The notes: generated by a model from the sequence alone, not told the origin. A DNA stretch of 59,142 bases from Gammaproteobacteria bacterium (GCA_029266595.1 JAQSWO010000001.1:1-59142), one strand, 5' to 3'; shown: positions 46,923 through 55,601, counted from the stretch's first letter. Translations and numbers: made by a program.

Positions 46923-48074
46923 TTACTTTCTTCTTCCAATATATCCAGACTCAAACGCCACACGCAGCAAAATACCCACCACAAAACAATTCACCAATAG
47001 ACTCGTGCCTCCGTAACTCATCAATGGCAGCGTCAAGCCTTTTGTGGGCAAAAGACCGATATTTACCCCTATATTAATCATTGCCTGTAACCCTAAACAC
47101 AACGCTAACCCCCATCCTAAATACGCACTGAATAATTGCCCTTTGGTATAAGAACGCAAACTCAATAACATCGTTCGCATGATTAACACACCAAATAAAA
47201 GCACGACGGATATTTGTCCTATCAAGCCTAACTCTTCACCGAGCACTGCAAATAGAAAGTCAGTATGTGCTTCAGGGAGGTAAAACAATTTTTGCACGCT
47301 ACCTCCTAGACCTAGCCCAAAAACACCTCCCCGACCAAAAGCAATCAGCGATTGTGTGAGCTGATAACCTGTGTCATAAGGATTTTCCCAAGGGTGCAAA
47401 AAAGTGGTTAACCTTAAGAGACGATAAGGCTCGGAAATAGCAACCACCGCCAATACAGCAGCTGCAACAATCAACAGACAAATAAACTGCCATAAGCGCA
47501 CCCCCCCCAGAAACAGCATAGCCAACATGGTAGCTGTTAGCACTGCCGTTGCACCAAAGTCTGGTTGTAATAGAAACAAAAAGGCAATGCCTGCCAAAAT
47601 AAGCAAGGGCTTGATAAAACCACGAATGCGTGTCTTCACTTCATCCTGCTGCCTTACCATATAGCCAGCTAAATAAATCACCATAAACACCTTCGCTAAC
47701 TCAGATACCTGTAAAGAAAAAGGCCCTAAAGCTAGCCATCGGACACTACCATTTACTTCTCGGCCCAACCCAGGAATCAGCAACACTAGCAGTAAGATAA
47801 AACTGATGATGACGAGGTATCCTCCTACTTGCATCCAAAATTTCAGTGGAATACGTGTTGCCACCAAAGCAAAAAAACAGCCTAAAGATAAAAAAATAGC
47901 TTGCCTGGTTACATAGTAGAAGCCATGGCCATGTTGTTGATCAGATATCACTACCGAAGATGAGGCCACCATAATAAGGCCTAAACCAATCAGAGAAACC
48001 GCGCTAAATAAAATCCAAGGATCATAAGAGAAGGTGACGACTTTCTTGGTCTGTTTTTTGTGAGATCGACTCAT
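46923..48074 (-). CDS. ftsW: SEDS-family peptidoglycan glycosyltransferase FtsW
   Basis: A 10-TM SEDS protein (LQPDFGA, PEAHTDFLFAV, LPTKGLTLPLMSYGG). It lies directly downstream of murD with a 4-nt overlap, which favours FtsW over RodA. Confidence 0.85.
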   Translation of the reverse strand: MSRSHKKQTKKVVTFSYDPWILFSAVSLIGLGLIMVASSSVVISDQQHGHGFYYVTRQAIFLSLGCFFALVATRIPLKFWMQVGGYLVIISFILLLVLLIPGLGREVNGSVRWLALGPFSLQVSELAKVFMVIYLAGYMVRQQDEVKTRIRGFIKPLLILAGIAFLFLLQPDFGATAVLTATMLAMLFLGGVRLWQFICLLIVAAAVLAVVAISEPYRLLRLTTFLHPWENPYDTGYQLTQSLIAFGRGGVFGLGLGGSVQKLFYLPEAHTDFLFAVLGEELGLIGQISVVLLFGVLIMRTMLLSLRSYTKGQLFSAYLGWGLALCLGLQAMINIGVNIGLLPTKGLTLPLMSYGGTSLLVNCFVVGILLRVAFESGYIGRRK

Positions 48075-49423
48075 ACCAACCCCTCCACATATTTGATAAA
48101 AGTGTCTCCTCTATCTTCAAAATTCTTGAACATATCGAAACTGGCACATGCGGGGGCCAATACAACGGAATCTCCGAATGCTGCTGTCTGATGAGCGATC
48201 ATCACTGCCTCCTCAAGGCTATCTGCACGTTTAATGGGCACAACTCTAACCACAGCCGTTTCTATTAGATCGGCATCTTCACCAATCAAAACCAACTGCT
48301 TCACATGCTGAGCCATCACTTTTTTTAATGGTGAAAAATCTGCGCCTTTTCCTTGTCCACCAGCAATGACGATCAACTTTCTATCCCCATCATGACTTAA
48401 ACCTTCTATCGCTGCTTGTGCTGCACCCACGTTAGTGGCCTTAGAATCGTTATACCAATCGGCACCATTAATATTGGCAATCCATTGGCAGCGGTGCCTC
48501 AAACCTGGAAAAATGCGTAAAGTTTGCAGCATAGGTGTCAATGGTAAGCCCATCACTGTCCCTAATGCTAAAGCTGCCAAGGCATTGGCTACGTTTGGCT
48601 TACCTCTCATTTTCATTTCACTAACAGGCATTAAGCATTGCTCACCTTTTGCAAAATACGTGATATTTTGCTGGGTGATTAAACCAAAATCGCTTTCTGT
48701 TTCTGGAGCAGGAAATCCAAAACGCAAAGGTGCTTGCAATGATAATCCTTCCCAAGTTACGGGATCATCTCTATTGATCAGGGGATGCTGGCAATCATGA
48801 TAAATCCGCTGTTTGGCATGCAAATAATCTGCCATGCTGTCGTATCTATCCATATGGTCTTCACATAAATTTAAAATCACAGCACTGAGTGGGTGTAAAG
48901 AGAAAGTAGTTTCGAGCTGAAAACTAGAAAGCTCTAAGGCGTAGGTGTGTGGCGTAGGATACTGCAATAGATCAAGCACAGGTTCTCCTAAATTTCCGCC
49001 GATGCATACATCTATGTTCGCGGTTTTGCCCATCTCGCCCAACAAAGTGGTCACAGTACTTTTACCATTTGATCCAGTGATACCCACGATAGGCGCTTTG
49101 GCTAACAAAGCAAATAATTCTACATCGCCCACAACCGGAATACCGGCTGTAACGGCCTCGGCAATGACTGGCTCATGCAGCGATACACCTGGGCTGAGGA
49201 TAATGCGTGCGGCTTGTAGGCATAGCGTTCTATCAAAGCCCCCCAAAAAAAGTTGAACGGTGGGAAATTGTGCTTTGATGTCCTCCAAGCCTGGAGGACA
49301 AGTGCGACTGTCGGTGGCAGCAACATTAAACCCGTTTTCCAATAGATATCGGATACAAGATAGTCCCGTTTTGCCTAAACCAACAACAACTTGCGGGGGA
49401 GAGGTGTGATCGATAGAATTCAT
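48071..49423 (-). CDS. murD: UDP-N-acetylmuramoylalanine--D-glutamate ligase
   Basis: VVVGLGKTGLSC, GITGSNGKSTV, NDSKATNV. ATG at 49423 with an AAGGAAG RBS. The track extension to 49486 is rejected. Confidence 0.92.
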   Translation of the reverse strand: MNSIDHTSPPQVVVGLGKTGLSCIRYLLENGFNVAATDSRTCPPGLEDIKAQFPTVQLFLGGFDRTLCLQAARIILSPGVSLHEPVIAEAVTAGIPVVGDVELFALLAKAPIVGITGSNGKSTVTTLLGEMGKTANIDVCIGGNLGEPVLDLLQYPTPHTYALELSSFQLETTFSLHPLSAVILNLCEDHMDRYDSMADYLHAKQRIYHDCQHPLINRDDPVTWEGLSLQAPLRFGFPAPETESDFGLITQQNITYFAKGEQCLMPVSEMKMRGKPNVANALAALALGTVMGLPLTPMLQTLRIFPGLRHRCQWIANINGADWYNDSKATNVGAAQAAIEGLSHDGDRKLIVIAGGQGKGADFSPLKKVMAQHVKQLVLIGEDADLIETAVVRVVPIKRADSLEEAVMIAHQTAAFGDSVVLAPACASFDMFKNFEDRGDTFIKYVEGLV

Positions 49424-49497
49424 GCGAAGCTTCCTTCTTAATTGTTGTTCATTTTTTGTAGGGTCTGGTCTGTTTACATTGAGCACAGAAAATCGGC

Positions 49498-49566
49498 GTA
49501 ACAGGTCAGCTCCTAGATAGAAACGGCCATCTTTTGCTAATCTTGGCAGGGAGGGTGAGCTATTAC
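49498..49566 (+). mobile_element. family-A MITE, full-length
   Basis: gtaacaggtcagctcctagatagaaacggccatcttttgctaatcttggcagggagggtgagctattac is very close to the copy at 3556. Confidence 0.7.
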
Positions 49567-49651
49567 AAATTGGCAGATTGTGCTCAGTATAGGAAGCTGA
49601 ATAGACCTAAGATAATTCTCACCATAATTCGCCCAGCAAAGAGGAAAACAA

Positions 49652-50482
49652 ATGTTCGTATTTAGCAACCATCCGCAAAGCATCTGGCGTATTATGGCTG
49701 ATGCCTTAAACCTGTATCGCGATAGCATATCAAAAATATGGTACTGGCAAATTATTTTCATATTACCCACTATACCGTTGGCTATACTAAATGTACGCAT
49801 CAACCCTGATCCTTCACTACCATTCACTCCTTCCTATATCAGCTTTTTGATAGCTGCTGGTTTAATTATGCTATTTGTTTTATTGCTGGGACACTGTTTC
49901 GTCTATGCTCGCATGCATGCTATAGGGACAGGAGGAGATGCCCGCATCAAAACATGCCTACGTATTGCCGCTAAAAAAGCACCTATGGTATTTATGGCTA
50001 CAATGGCACTTGCCTTGGCAATATCTATCATCGTTGTGCCCACGCTTTCTCTGCTTTTAAAAACGAACAACGCAGCAATAGCCTTCTTTGGGATAACTAT
50101 CGCTTATTTCTTTACGTTAATCGTCGGTATTCTGGCTATCCTTTATCCGCTCTTTATTCTAATAAACAACGAGACAATTCTTGGCTCACTAAAAAGCAGT
50201 ATCACCCATATGTGGCAAAATTTTTGGCGCGCTTTGACACTGTTTATGTTTCTTTCGCTTATTTGTGCAATATTGATGTTGATAGTATTAGTACTACCAT
50301 CGAACCTCATTAATCTTGCGGAGTCTCCTGAGGCATTAGTAACAGGATTGCTTGGCCTACTGCTTGTTTATGCTTGCACGTATATTTTTATTCCACCTGT
50401 TTTTAATGCCATATTATTGACACTTTACCAGGACGTAAGGATCAGAAAAACTCATCCCTCATCTCCGGATATCATTACCTAA
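49652..50482 (+). CDS. multi-pass membrane protein of unknown function, possibly UPF0259/YciC-like
   Basis: 276 aa with about 6 hydrophobic helices. The N-terminal LYRDSISKIWYWQ and the overall architecture loosely recall E. coli YciC. The family call is weak. Confidence 0.55.
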   Translation: MFVFSNHPQSIWRIMADALNLYRDSISKIWYWQIIFILPTIPLAILNVRINPDPSLPFTPSYISFLIAAGLIMLFVLLLGHCFVYARMHAIGTGGDARIKTCLRIAAKKAPMVFMATMALALAISIIVVPTLSLLLKTNNAAIAFFGITIAYFFTLIVGILAILYPLFILINNETILGSLKSSITHMWQNFWRALTLFMFLSLICAILMLIVLVLPSNLINLAESPEALVTGLLGLLLVYACTYIFIPPVFNAILLTLYQDVRIRKTHPSSPDIIT

Positions 50483-50498
50483 CACGGGAGCGTTCACC

Positions 50499-51272
50499 TT
50501 GAACCTATCTTTTTACGATCGTGCAGCCCAAACCACTAATCCAACGGCAAAAGCGCTGTTGCAATTGATGGATACCAAAAAAACTAATTTGTGTCTCTCA
50601 GCCGATCTTTCTTGTGCTGGGGATGTGTTAGCATTAGCCGATAAACTGGGTCCCCAGATATGTGTTTTCAAAACACATGTGGATATCATTCAGGATTTCA
50701 CCCGGTCTTTTGCTTCTGAACTAACCAATCTCTCTGAAAAGCATAACTTCATCATTTTTGAGGATAGAAAATTTGCCGATATTGGTCACACTGTTAAGGA
50801 ACAATATGGCAAAGGGCTATATTCCATCGCAGATTGGGCGCCTATTACTAACGCACATATTTTGCCGGGGGAAGGAATTATCGATGGGTTAAAATCAATC
50901 GGACTTAACAAAGGAAATGGCTTACTACTCCTTGCGCAAATGAGCTCGAAAGGGAACCTATTCAATGAGGCTTATACTGCATCGGCCGTTGAAATGGCTA
51001 AAGCCCATCGAGATTTTGTTATAGGCTTTATCACGCAACATCGTTTAACCGAAGATCCTGCCTTTATCAGCTTCACCCCCGGGATCAGCAGTACCGATCA
51101 AGGCGACGCGCTTGGCCAGCAATATGTCACCCCTAGACAAGCGATTTTAGAAAACCATACTGACGTTATTATTGTGGGTCGTGGTATTTATGGCGCAACG
51201 GACCCTATTGCGGCAGCAGAGGCTTACCGTGCAGAAGCTTGGCAAGCTTATACCGATCGCCTTTGCCTATAA
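50499..51272 (+). CDS. pyrF: orotidine 5'-phosphate decarboxylase, eukaryotic URA3-like type
   Basis: KTNLCLSADL, CVFKTHVDII, IIFEDRKFADIGHTV, WAPITNAH, DFVIGFI, GDALGQQY, IIVGRGI. It is collinear end to end with yeast URA3 as I recall it. TTG start. Confidence 0.9.
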   Translation: MNLSFYDRAAQTTNPTAKALLQLMDTKKTNLCLSADLSCAGDVLALADKLGPQICVFKTHVDIIQDFTRSFASELTNLSEKHNFIIFEDRKFADIGHTVKEQYGKGLYSIADWAPITNAHILPGEGIIDGLKSIGLNKGNGLLLLAQMSSKGNLFNEAYTASAVEMAKAHRDFVIGFITQHRLTEDPAFISFTPGISSTDQGDALGQQYVTPRQAILENHTDVIIVGRGIYGATDPIAAAEAYRAEAWQAYTDRLCL

Positions 51273-51845
51273 ATGGTTGAGGCAACACCAAGAACGATGA
51301 AAATTATACTCCTCACACTAGCCATACTCTTCCTCAGTACCCAGTCGCTTTCTGCTGAAAAAAATGTCTATGCCAAAACACAGGCAGAAGCCGCCTTCAA
51401 GCTTTGGACAGAAACCTGCCTTTATCATCGAGGAAATTATCAGACACTGACCCTCTGGGCACGAGCTAACAATCTGCATCGTACAGATCCAAGCCTTTCT
51501 CAAGAAATCTTACAAGGAGAAAAAGGTGAAGTTTGGCAGCCATCTAAAAGATCAAGCAATCTACTGCTAATACTCAATGCAGATGACCAATGTGCAGTTT
51601 GGGCAACGCGTGCAGATGCAACAGACATCAATAATAGGTTTGAGCGAAGCATGGCAAACATGAAAGACCAGCCCAAGCTGGCGGGAGATAAAACTGTGAA
51701 GGGACAAGATGGAGAATATCGGCAAATCGCTTACTATGTGCGCACTAAAAGCAGCCCCCATGGCTGGGCTTTTATTGCCACCACCTCTGACTCAGATAAC
51801 GCGGCCATACATGTTAGATTAACTGTAAGTCCGGCAGGGAAGTAA
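51273..51845 (+). CDS. hypothetical secreted protein
   Basis: A signal-peptide-like MKIILLTLAILFLSTQSLSA begins at the second Met (51297). No recognised domain. Confidence 0.55.
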   Translation: MVEATPRTMKIILLTLAILFLSTQSLSAEKNVYAKTQAEAAFKLWTETCLYHRGNYQTLTLWARANNLHRTDPSLSQEILQGEKGEVWQPSKRSSNLLLILNADDQCAVWATRADATDINNRFERSMANMKDQPKLAGDKTVKGQDGEYRQIAYYVRTKSSPHGWAFIATTSDSDNAAIHVRLTVSPAGK

Positions 51846-51859
51846 AAATAAAAGAATGT

Positions 51860-53479
51860 TTAACGAGGTGCTTGCCTCAATAATGTCCTTTTCGTATTGT
51901 CAGCCTTATTCGGATAGTCTTCCCGGTAATGCCCACCCCTACTCTCACAACGCTGTAATGCTGAACGAACGATAAGCTCAGCAACCAGAATAATATTTCG
52001 CAATTCTAGTAAATCCTGCGTGACCACATGCTGCCAGTAATATTCTTCCACCATTTGTTGACGTAATAGGATCAATTGATGGAGATCTTTCAAACCCGCT
52101 TCTGTCCGGACGATTCCCGCATAAGACGTCATTTCTCCACGTAATCCCCGCCAATGTGCATTGATCTGGCTGGCGCGTCTTAAATCGGTCACGCCTCCTG
52201 AATCCCAACCTGCCGACATTTGCTCGTGACTCAGTGGCTGGTCCAGCCAAACCAAACAATCTTCTGCTGCGTTTGTCGCCATCACTCCCGCTTCTAACAA
52301 GGAATTACTGGCTAGGCGGTTAGCACCATGCAGTCCAGTGCAAGCCACCTCCCCAATCGCATATAATCTATTTGCCTGTGTTCTACCTGAAATATCAGTC
52401 AGCACTCCCCCACACATATAATGCGCTGCCGGAACAACGGGGATCATATCTTGCGACATATCTATTCCCAGGCGCATCAATGTATCATTAATCGTAGGGA
52501 AATGTTGTTTCAGAAAAGCTTTAGATTTATGTGTGATGTCCAAATAAACGTATTGGTCGTTGCTATGTTCAGTTTCGGTAAAAATCGCTCTTGCCACAAT
52601 ATCACGGGTGGCCAATTCCATTTGCTTAGGCGCATAACGCCTCATAAATCGCTCACCTGTCTCAGGCAGACGCAAGTAAGCACCTTCGCCTCTAATTGCC
52701 TCTGATATTAAGAAATTAGGATAATTTCGCTGATAAAGCAGAGTGGGATGAAACTGGTAGAACTCCATATTACTTATAGGCACGCCCGCACGATACGCCA
52801 TGGCAACGCCATCGCCAGTCGCAATGTCAGGGTTAGTGGTATATCTATAAGTCTTACCTGCACCGCCCGTCGCGAGCACAACGACGTTGCATAGAAAGGT
52901 ATCAATCAATCCACTTTTTGTGTCTAGCACATATACTCCAGAAATATCTTCGCTTGGTCTATCTTTCTGGCGTAAGAGTTTAACGGCCATATGCGATTCA
53001 AAGAGATAGATATTGGACTGTTGCTGGATATGAGGGATCAGTGCATCGATCATAGCGCGGCCTGTGTGGTCACCCGCATGAAAAATGCGTCGTTTGCTAT
53101 GACCGCCTTCTTTGGCTAAATCGGGGAGAGATTGATCGTTCTGATCAAATACAACACCTTGCTGTTGTAGGAAAGCTATGTAGCTCAGCGATTGAGATAA
53201 GATCGCTTTTGCCGCCAATGGACTAACTAGGCCATCACCCGCTGCAAGCGTATCAACCAAATGCTGCTGGACGGAGTCATCAACACCCGCTGCTGCCGCT
53301 ATACCGCCTTGTGCCCAATAGCTATTAGAATCAGAAAGTGCTTGTTTGCTAACTAAGGCAATGCGCGTGTGCGGTCTACGCGCGATTAATGTAAGGCAAA
53401 AGGTGAGGCCTGCTAAACCACTACCAATTACAACCACGTCAAAGGATTTTCTATCGCCACGTTGAGAGAGTGAATTCAT
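51860..53479 (-). CDS. nadB: L-aspartate oxidase
   Basis: FDVVVIGSGLAGL, AQGGIAA, HGANRLASNSLLE, RGGHYRED. Confidence 0.94.
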   Translation of the reverse strand: MNSLSQRGDRKSFDVVVIGSGLAGLTFCLTLIARRPHTRIALVSKQALSDSNSYWAQGGIAAAAGVDDSVQQHLVDTLAAGDGLVSPLAAKAILSQSLSYIAFLQQQGVVFDQNDQSLPDLAKEGGHSKRRIFHAGDHTGRAMIDALIPHIQQQSNIYLFESHMAVKLLRQKDRPSEDISGVYVLDTKSGLIDTFLCNVVVLATGGAGKTYRYTTNPDIATGDGVAMAYRAGVPISNMEFYQFHPTLLYQRNYPNFLISEAIRGEGAYLRLPETGERFMRRYAPKQMELATRDIVARAIFTETEHSNDQYVYLDITHKSKAFLKQHFPTINDTLMRLGIDMSQDMIPVVPAAHYMCGGVLTDISGRTQANRLYAIGEVACTGLHGANRLASNSLLEAGVMATNAAEDCLVWLDQPLSHEQMSAGWDSGGVTDLRRASQINAHWRGLRGEMTSYAGIVRTEAGLKDLHQLILLRQQMVEEYYWQHVVTQDLLELRNIILVAELIVRSALQRCESRGGHYREDYPNKADNTKRTLLRQAPR

Positions 53480-53730
53480 GTGATCTCGTCAAAAACATCT
53501 GCCAACGTCTCAGCACTCAATATTTTTTCAGCCCAATTAGATAAAGTATATGTATTTGCGCTCGATATGCGTTTTACATATATAGAGGGCAAATCGCCAA
53601 AGCGTATCTTAAGTAAGCGCTGCAACAATGCCGCTCCTTCTTCTTGCCTGCCCTCCTGCCTACCTTCCTGCCTACCTTCTTGCCTACCTTGCTGGCGGCC
53701 TTGCTCTGTAAAATGTTCTGCGAGAGTCAT
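53476..53730 (-). CDS. stand-alone duplicate of the Rpn C-terminal module (RpnS-like small protein, 84 aa)
   Basis: MTLAEHFTEQ(GRQQ)(GRQE)x4 EGAALLQRLLKIRFGDLPSIYVKRIS... is about 90% identical by eye to the last 86 aa or so of the upstream Rpn gene. It has its own AAGGAAAAA RBS. Its stop forms an ATGA overlap with the nadB start. Confidence 0.55.
   Translation of the reverse strand: MTLAEHFTEQGRQQGRQEGRQEGRQEGRQEEGAALLQRLLKIRFGDLPSIYVKRISSANTYTLSNWAEKILSAETLADVFDEIT
53643..53694 (-). repeat. 12-bp tandem repeat encoding GRQ[E/Q], 5 units
   Basis: The plus strand reads cttgcctgccctcctgcctaccttcctgcctaccttcttgcctaccttgctg. Confidence 0.85.
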
Positions 53731-53739
53731 GATTTTTCC

Positions 53740-54735
53740 TTAGTCAAAAACATCTGCCAATGCTTCAGCACTTAACATTTTTTCAGCCCAATTAGATAGA
53801 GTATGTGTATCTGCGCTCAATATGCGTTTTATATATATAGAGGGCAAATCGCCAAAGCGTATCTTAAGTAAGCGCTGCAACAATGCCGCTCCTTCTTCTT
53901 GCCTACCCTCCTGCCTACCTTCCTGCCTACCTTCCTGCCTACCTTCCTGCCTACCTTGCTGGCGGCCTTGCTCTGTAAAATGTTCTGCGAGGGTCATAAT
54001 ATTTTTCTCCAATTTTGGTGATAGCTGGTCATGAATGAGCGCTTGCAAAGATGCTGCGTTATGTATTTGACCAGCAAGAAAAAAGTAGTGAAATACTGTC
54101 CGCACATACTCAGCCCCACCTTCTCGTTCGATTTGCTTAATGAGATCCAAAACATTTTCTATGAACGGAATCAGATCTCGCTCAGAAATATGTTTTAAGG
54201 ATAGCTCCATCATACCTGACCAAATTTGCTGCTTCAAATCTTCGTCCGGTATCTGTGAGAGGTCCAGTAAGTCAAATGGCTCTAACAACGTTCTTTCAGC
54301 CAAGTTTTTATGTTCCCCAAATAAGTCAAATAAATTAGTGGAGTATGGATATTTTCGCTTACCATGATAAATCACCAACGTATAAACAAGGGGTAGTTCT
54401 TTGTGCTCTTTATAATGCTGGTCCATAATCTTGATTGAATACTGTAGTTTTCTAAATGGCATCAGGCGGTCAGCATTGCGTTGATGTTCTAGTAGCGTGT
54501 ACAAATACCCTAATTTCCCATTAGCCCATTTCAATGAGAAGAGCACATCAGAAAGATGTAGCTGCAAAGTTTCATCCACAAAAGTACCTTGGCACATCTT
54601 CAATGTTTTTAAATCAACTAATGCCTTAATATCCGTTGGCAAATGCGTTTCCATAAATTCTTTAGCAACCCGTGGATCACTTAAAGACCCGCGAAAGAAA
54701 CGATCATGTGGATTTGGCACGATATTTTTTGTCAT
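53740..54735 (-). CDS. Rpn family (YhgA-like, PD-(D/E)XK) recombination-promoting nuclease / putative transposase
   Basis: MTKNIVPNPHDRFFRGSLSDPRVAKEFMETHLP is the family N-terminal signature. Nuclease-core context DVLFSLKW...LYTLLEHQ. The ATG at 54735 forms an ATGA overlap with the nadC stop. Confidence 0.85.
   Translation of the reverse strand: MTKNIVPNPHDRFFRGSLSDPRVAKEFMETHLPTDIKALVDLKTLKMCQGTFVDETLQLHLSDVLFSLKWANGKLGYLYTLLEHQRNADRLMPFRKLQYSIKIMDQHYKEHKELPLVYTLVIYHGKRKYPYSTNLFDLFGEHKNLAERTLLEPFDLLDLSQIPDEDLKQQIWSGMMELSLKHISERDLIPFIENVLDLIKQIEREGGAEYVRTVFHYFFLAGQIHNAASLQALIHDQLSPKLEKNIMTLAEHFTEQGRQQGRQEGRQEGRQEGRQEGRQEEGAALLQRLLKIRFGDLPSIYIKRILSADTHTLSNWAEKMLSAEALADVFD
53898..53961 (-). 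repeat. 12-bp tandem repeat encoding GRQ[E/Q], 6 units
   Basis: The plus strand reads cttgcctaccctc(ctgcctaccttc)x3ctgcctaccttgctg, one unit longer than the copy at 53643. Confidence 0.85.
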
Positions 54736-55601
54736 ACAGATTCCTGCCAAGCCTTCATCGATAAATCAACATGGCCTGCGCCATAGGTGAGTTCCCCCAC
54801 CGACGCATAGTTCACACCTGTTTTTGCAATATCTACAATACGATCCAAGCGGATATTTCCTGACGCTTCCGTTTCGAAAATGCCTTGGCACGCTTTGACA
54901 CAAGCCGACATATCTTCTAAGGACATATTGTCTAGCAGGACGCGATGTACCTTCGCTTGTCCATGTTCTAATACGATGTGTAACTCTTCTTGTGATCGTA
55001 CCTCAACGATAACAGGCAAAGTATGTTGGTTTAAACAAGGAAGCTCGATAAGCGTTTTTTCCATGTCACCCAATAAATCAACGTGCGTATCTTTAATCAT
55101 TACCGCATCATATAGGCCCATACGATGATTCATCCCACCGCCACAGTGTACGGCATACTTTTCTAACAGACGAAATCCTGGCGTTGTTTTTCGCGTATCT
55201 AAGATTTTCAAATCATACATTGAGATTTTATCCACGTATTTTTTGGTTAATGTAGAGATAGCACATAAATGCCTTAAAAAATTTAAAGCTGTGCGCTCCC
55301 CCTTGAGTAACGTTTTCGCATCTGCTGTAACAGACAACAATCTTTCTCCAGGCATCAAAAGATCGCCATCAGAGCGATCCGATTCTATACGAGCATCTTC
55401 GGATAGCTTGGAAAATAAAAAGCGTGTCCACTCAATGCCACAGACGACAATAGGTTCATGGTGCTTTGAAATAATATGTGCCGTGCCCTGTATTTTATCC
55501 TTTGGAAATAATAAATCTGTGGTGATATCGCAGAAATTTTCACCCAAGTCCTCTTGTAGTGAAATATTTAATAATGTTTCGTTGAGTTCCGTGATTTTCA
55601 T
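54732..55601 (-). CDS. nadC: nicotinate-nucleotide diphosphorylase (quinolinate phosphoribosyltransferase)
   Basis: ERTALNFLRHLCAISTLT, ILDTRKTTPGFR, GGGMNHRMGLYDAVMIKDTH, and a C-terminal SVGELTY. Confidence 0.92.
   Translation of the reverse strand: MKITELNETLLNISLQEDLGENFCDITTDLLFPKDKIQGTAHIISKHHEPIVVCGIEWTRFLFSKLSEDARIESDRSDGDLLMPGERLLSVTADAKTLLKGERTALNFLRHLCAISTLTKKYVDKISMYDLKILDTRKTTPGFRLLEKYAVHCGGGMNHRMGLYDAVMIKDTHVDLLGDMEKTLIELPCLNQHTLPVIVEVRSQEELHIVLEHGQAKVHRVLLDNMSLEDMSACVKACQGIFETEASGNIRLDRIVDIAKTGVNYASVGELTYGAGHVDLSMKAWQESV

Noticed and set aside
53643-53961. Possible CRISPR array suggested by short direct repeats
   Set aside because: The repeats are 12 bp, directly tandem with no spacers, and in-frame inside coding sequence. 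No cas genes are present anywhere in the window.
53480-54034. Plus-strand ORFs 53480-53743 and 53822-54034 encoding (SCLP)n repeats
   Set aside because: They are mirror-strand readings of the (GRQE)n tandem repeats within the Rpn gene and its duplicate. The minus-strand frames carry the recognisable Rpn homology.
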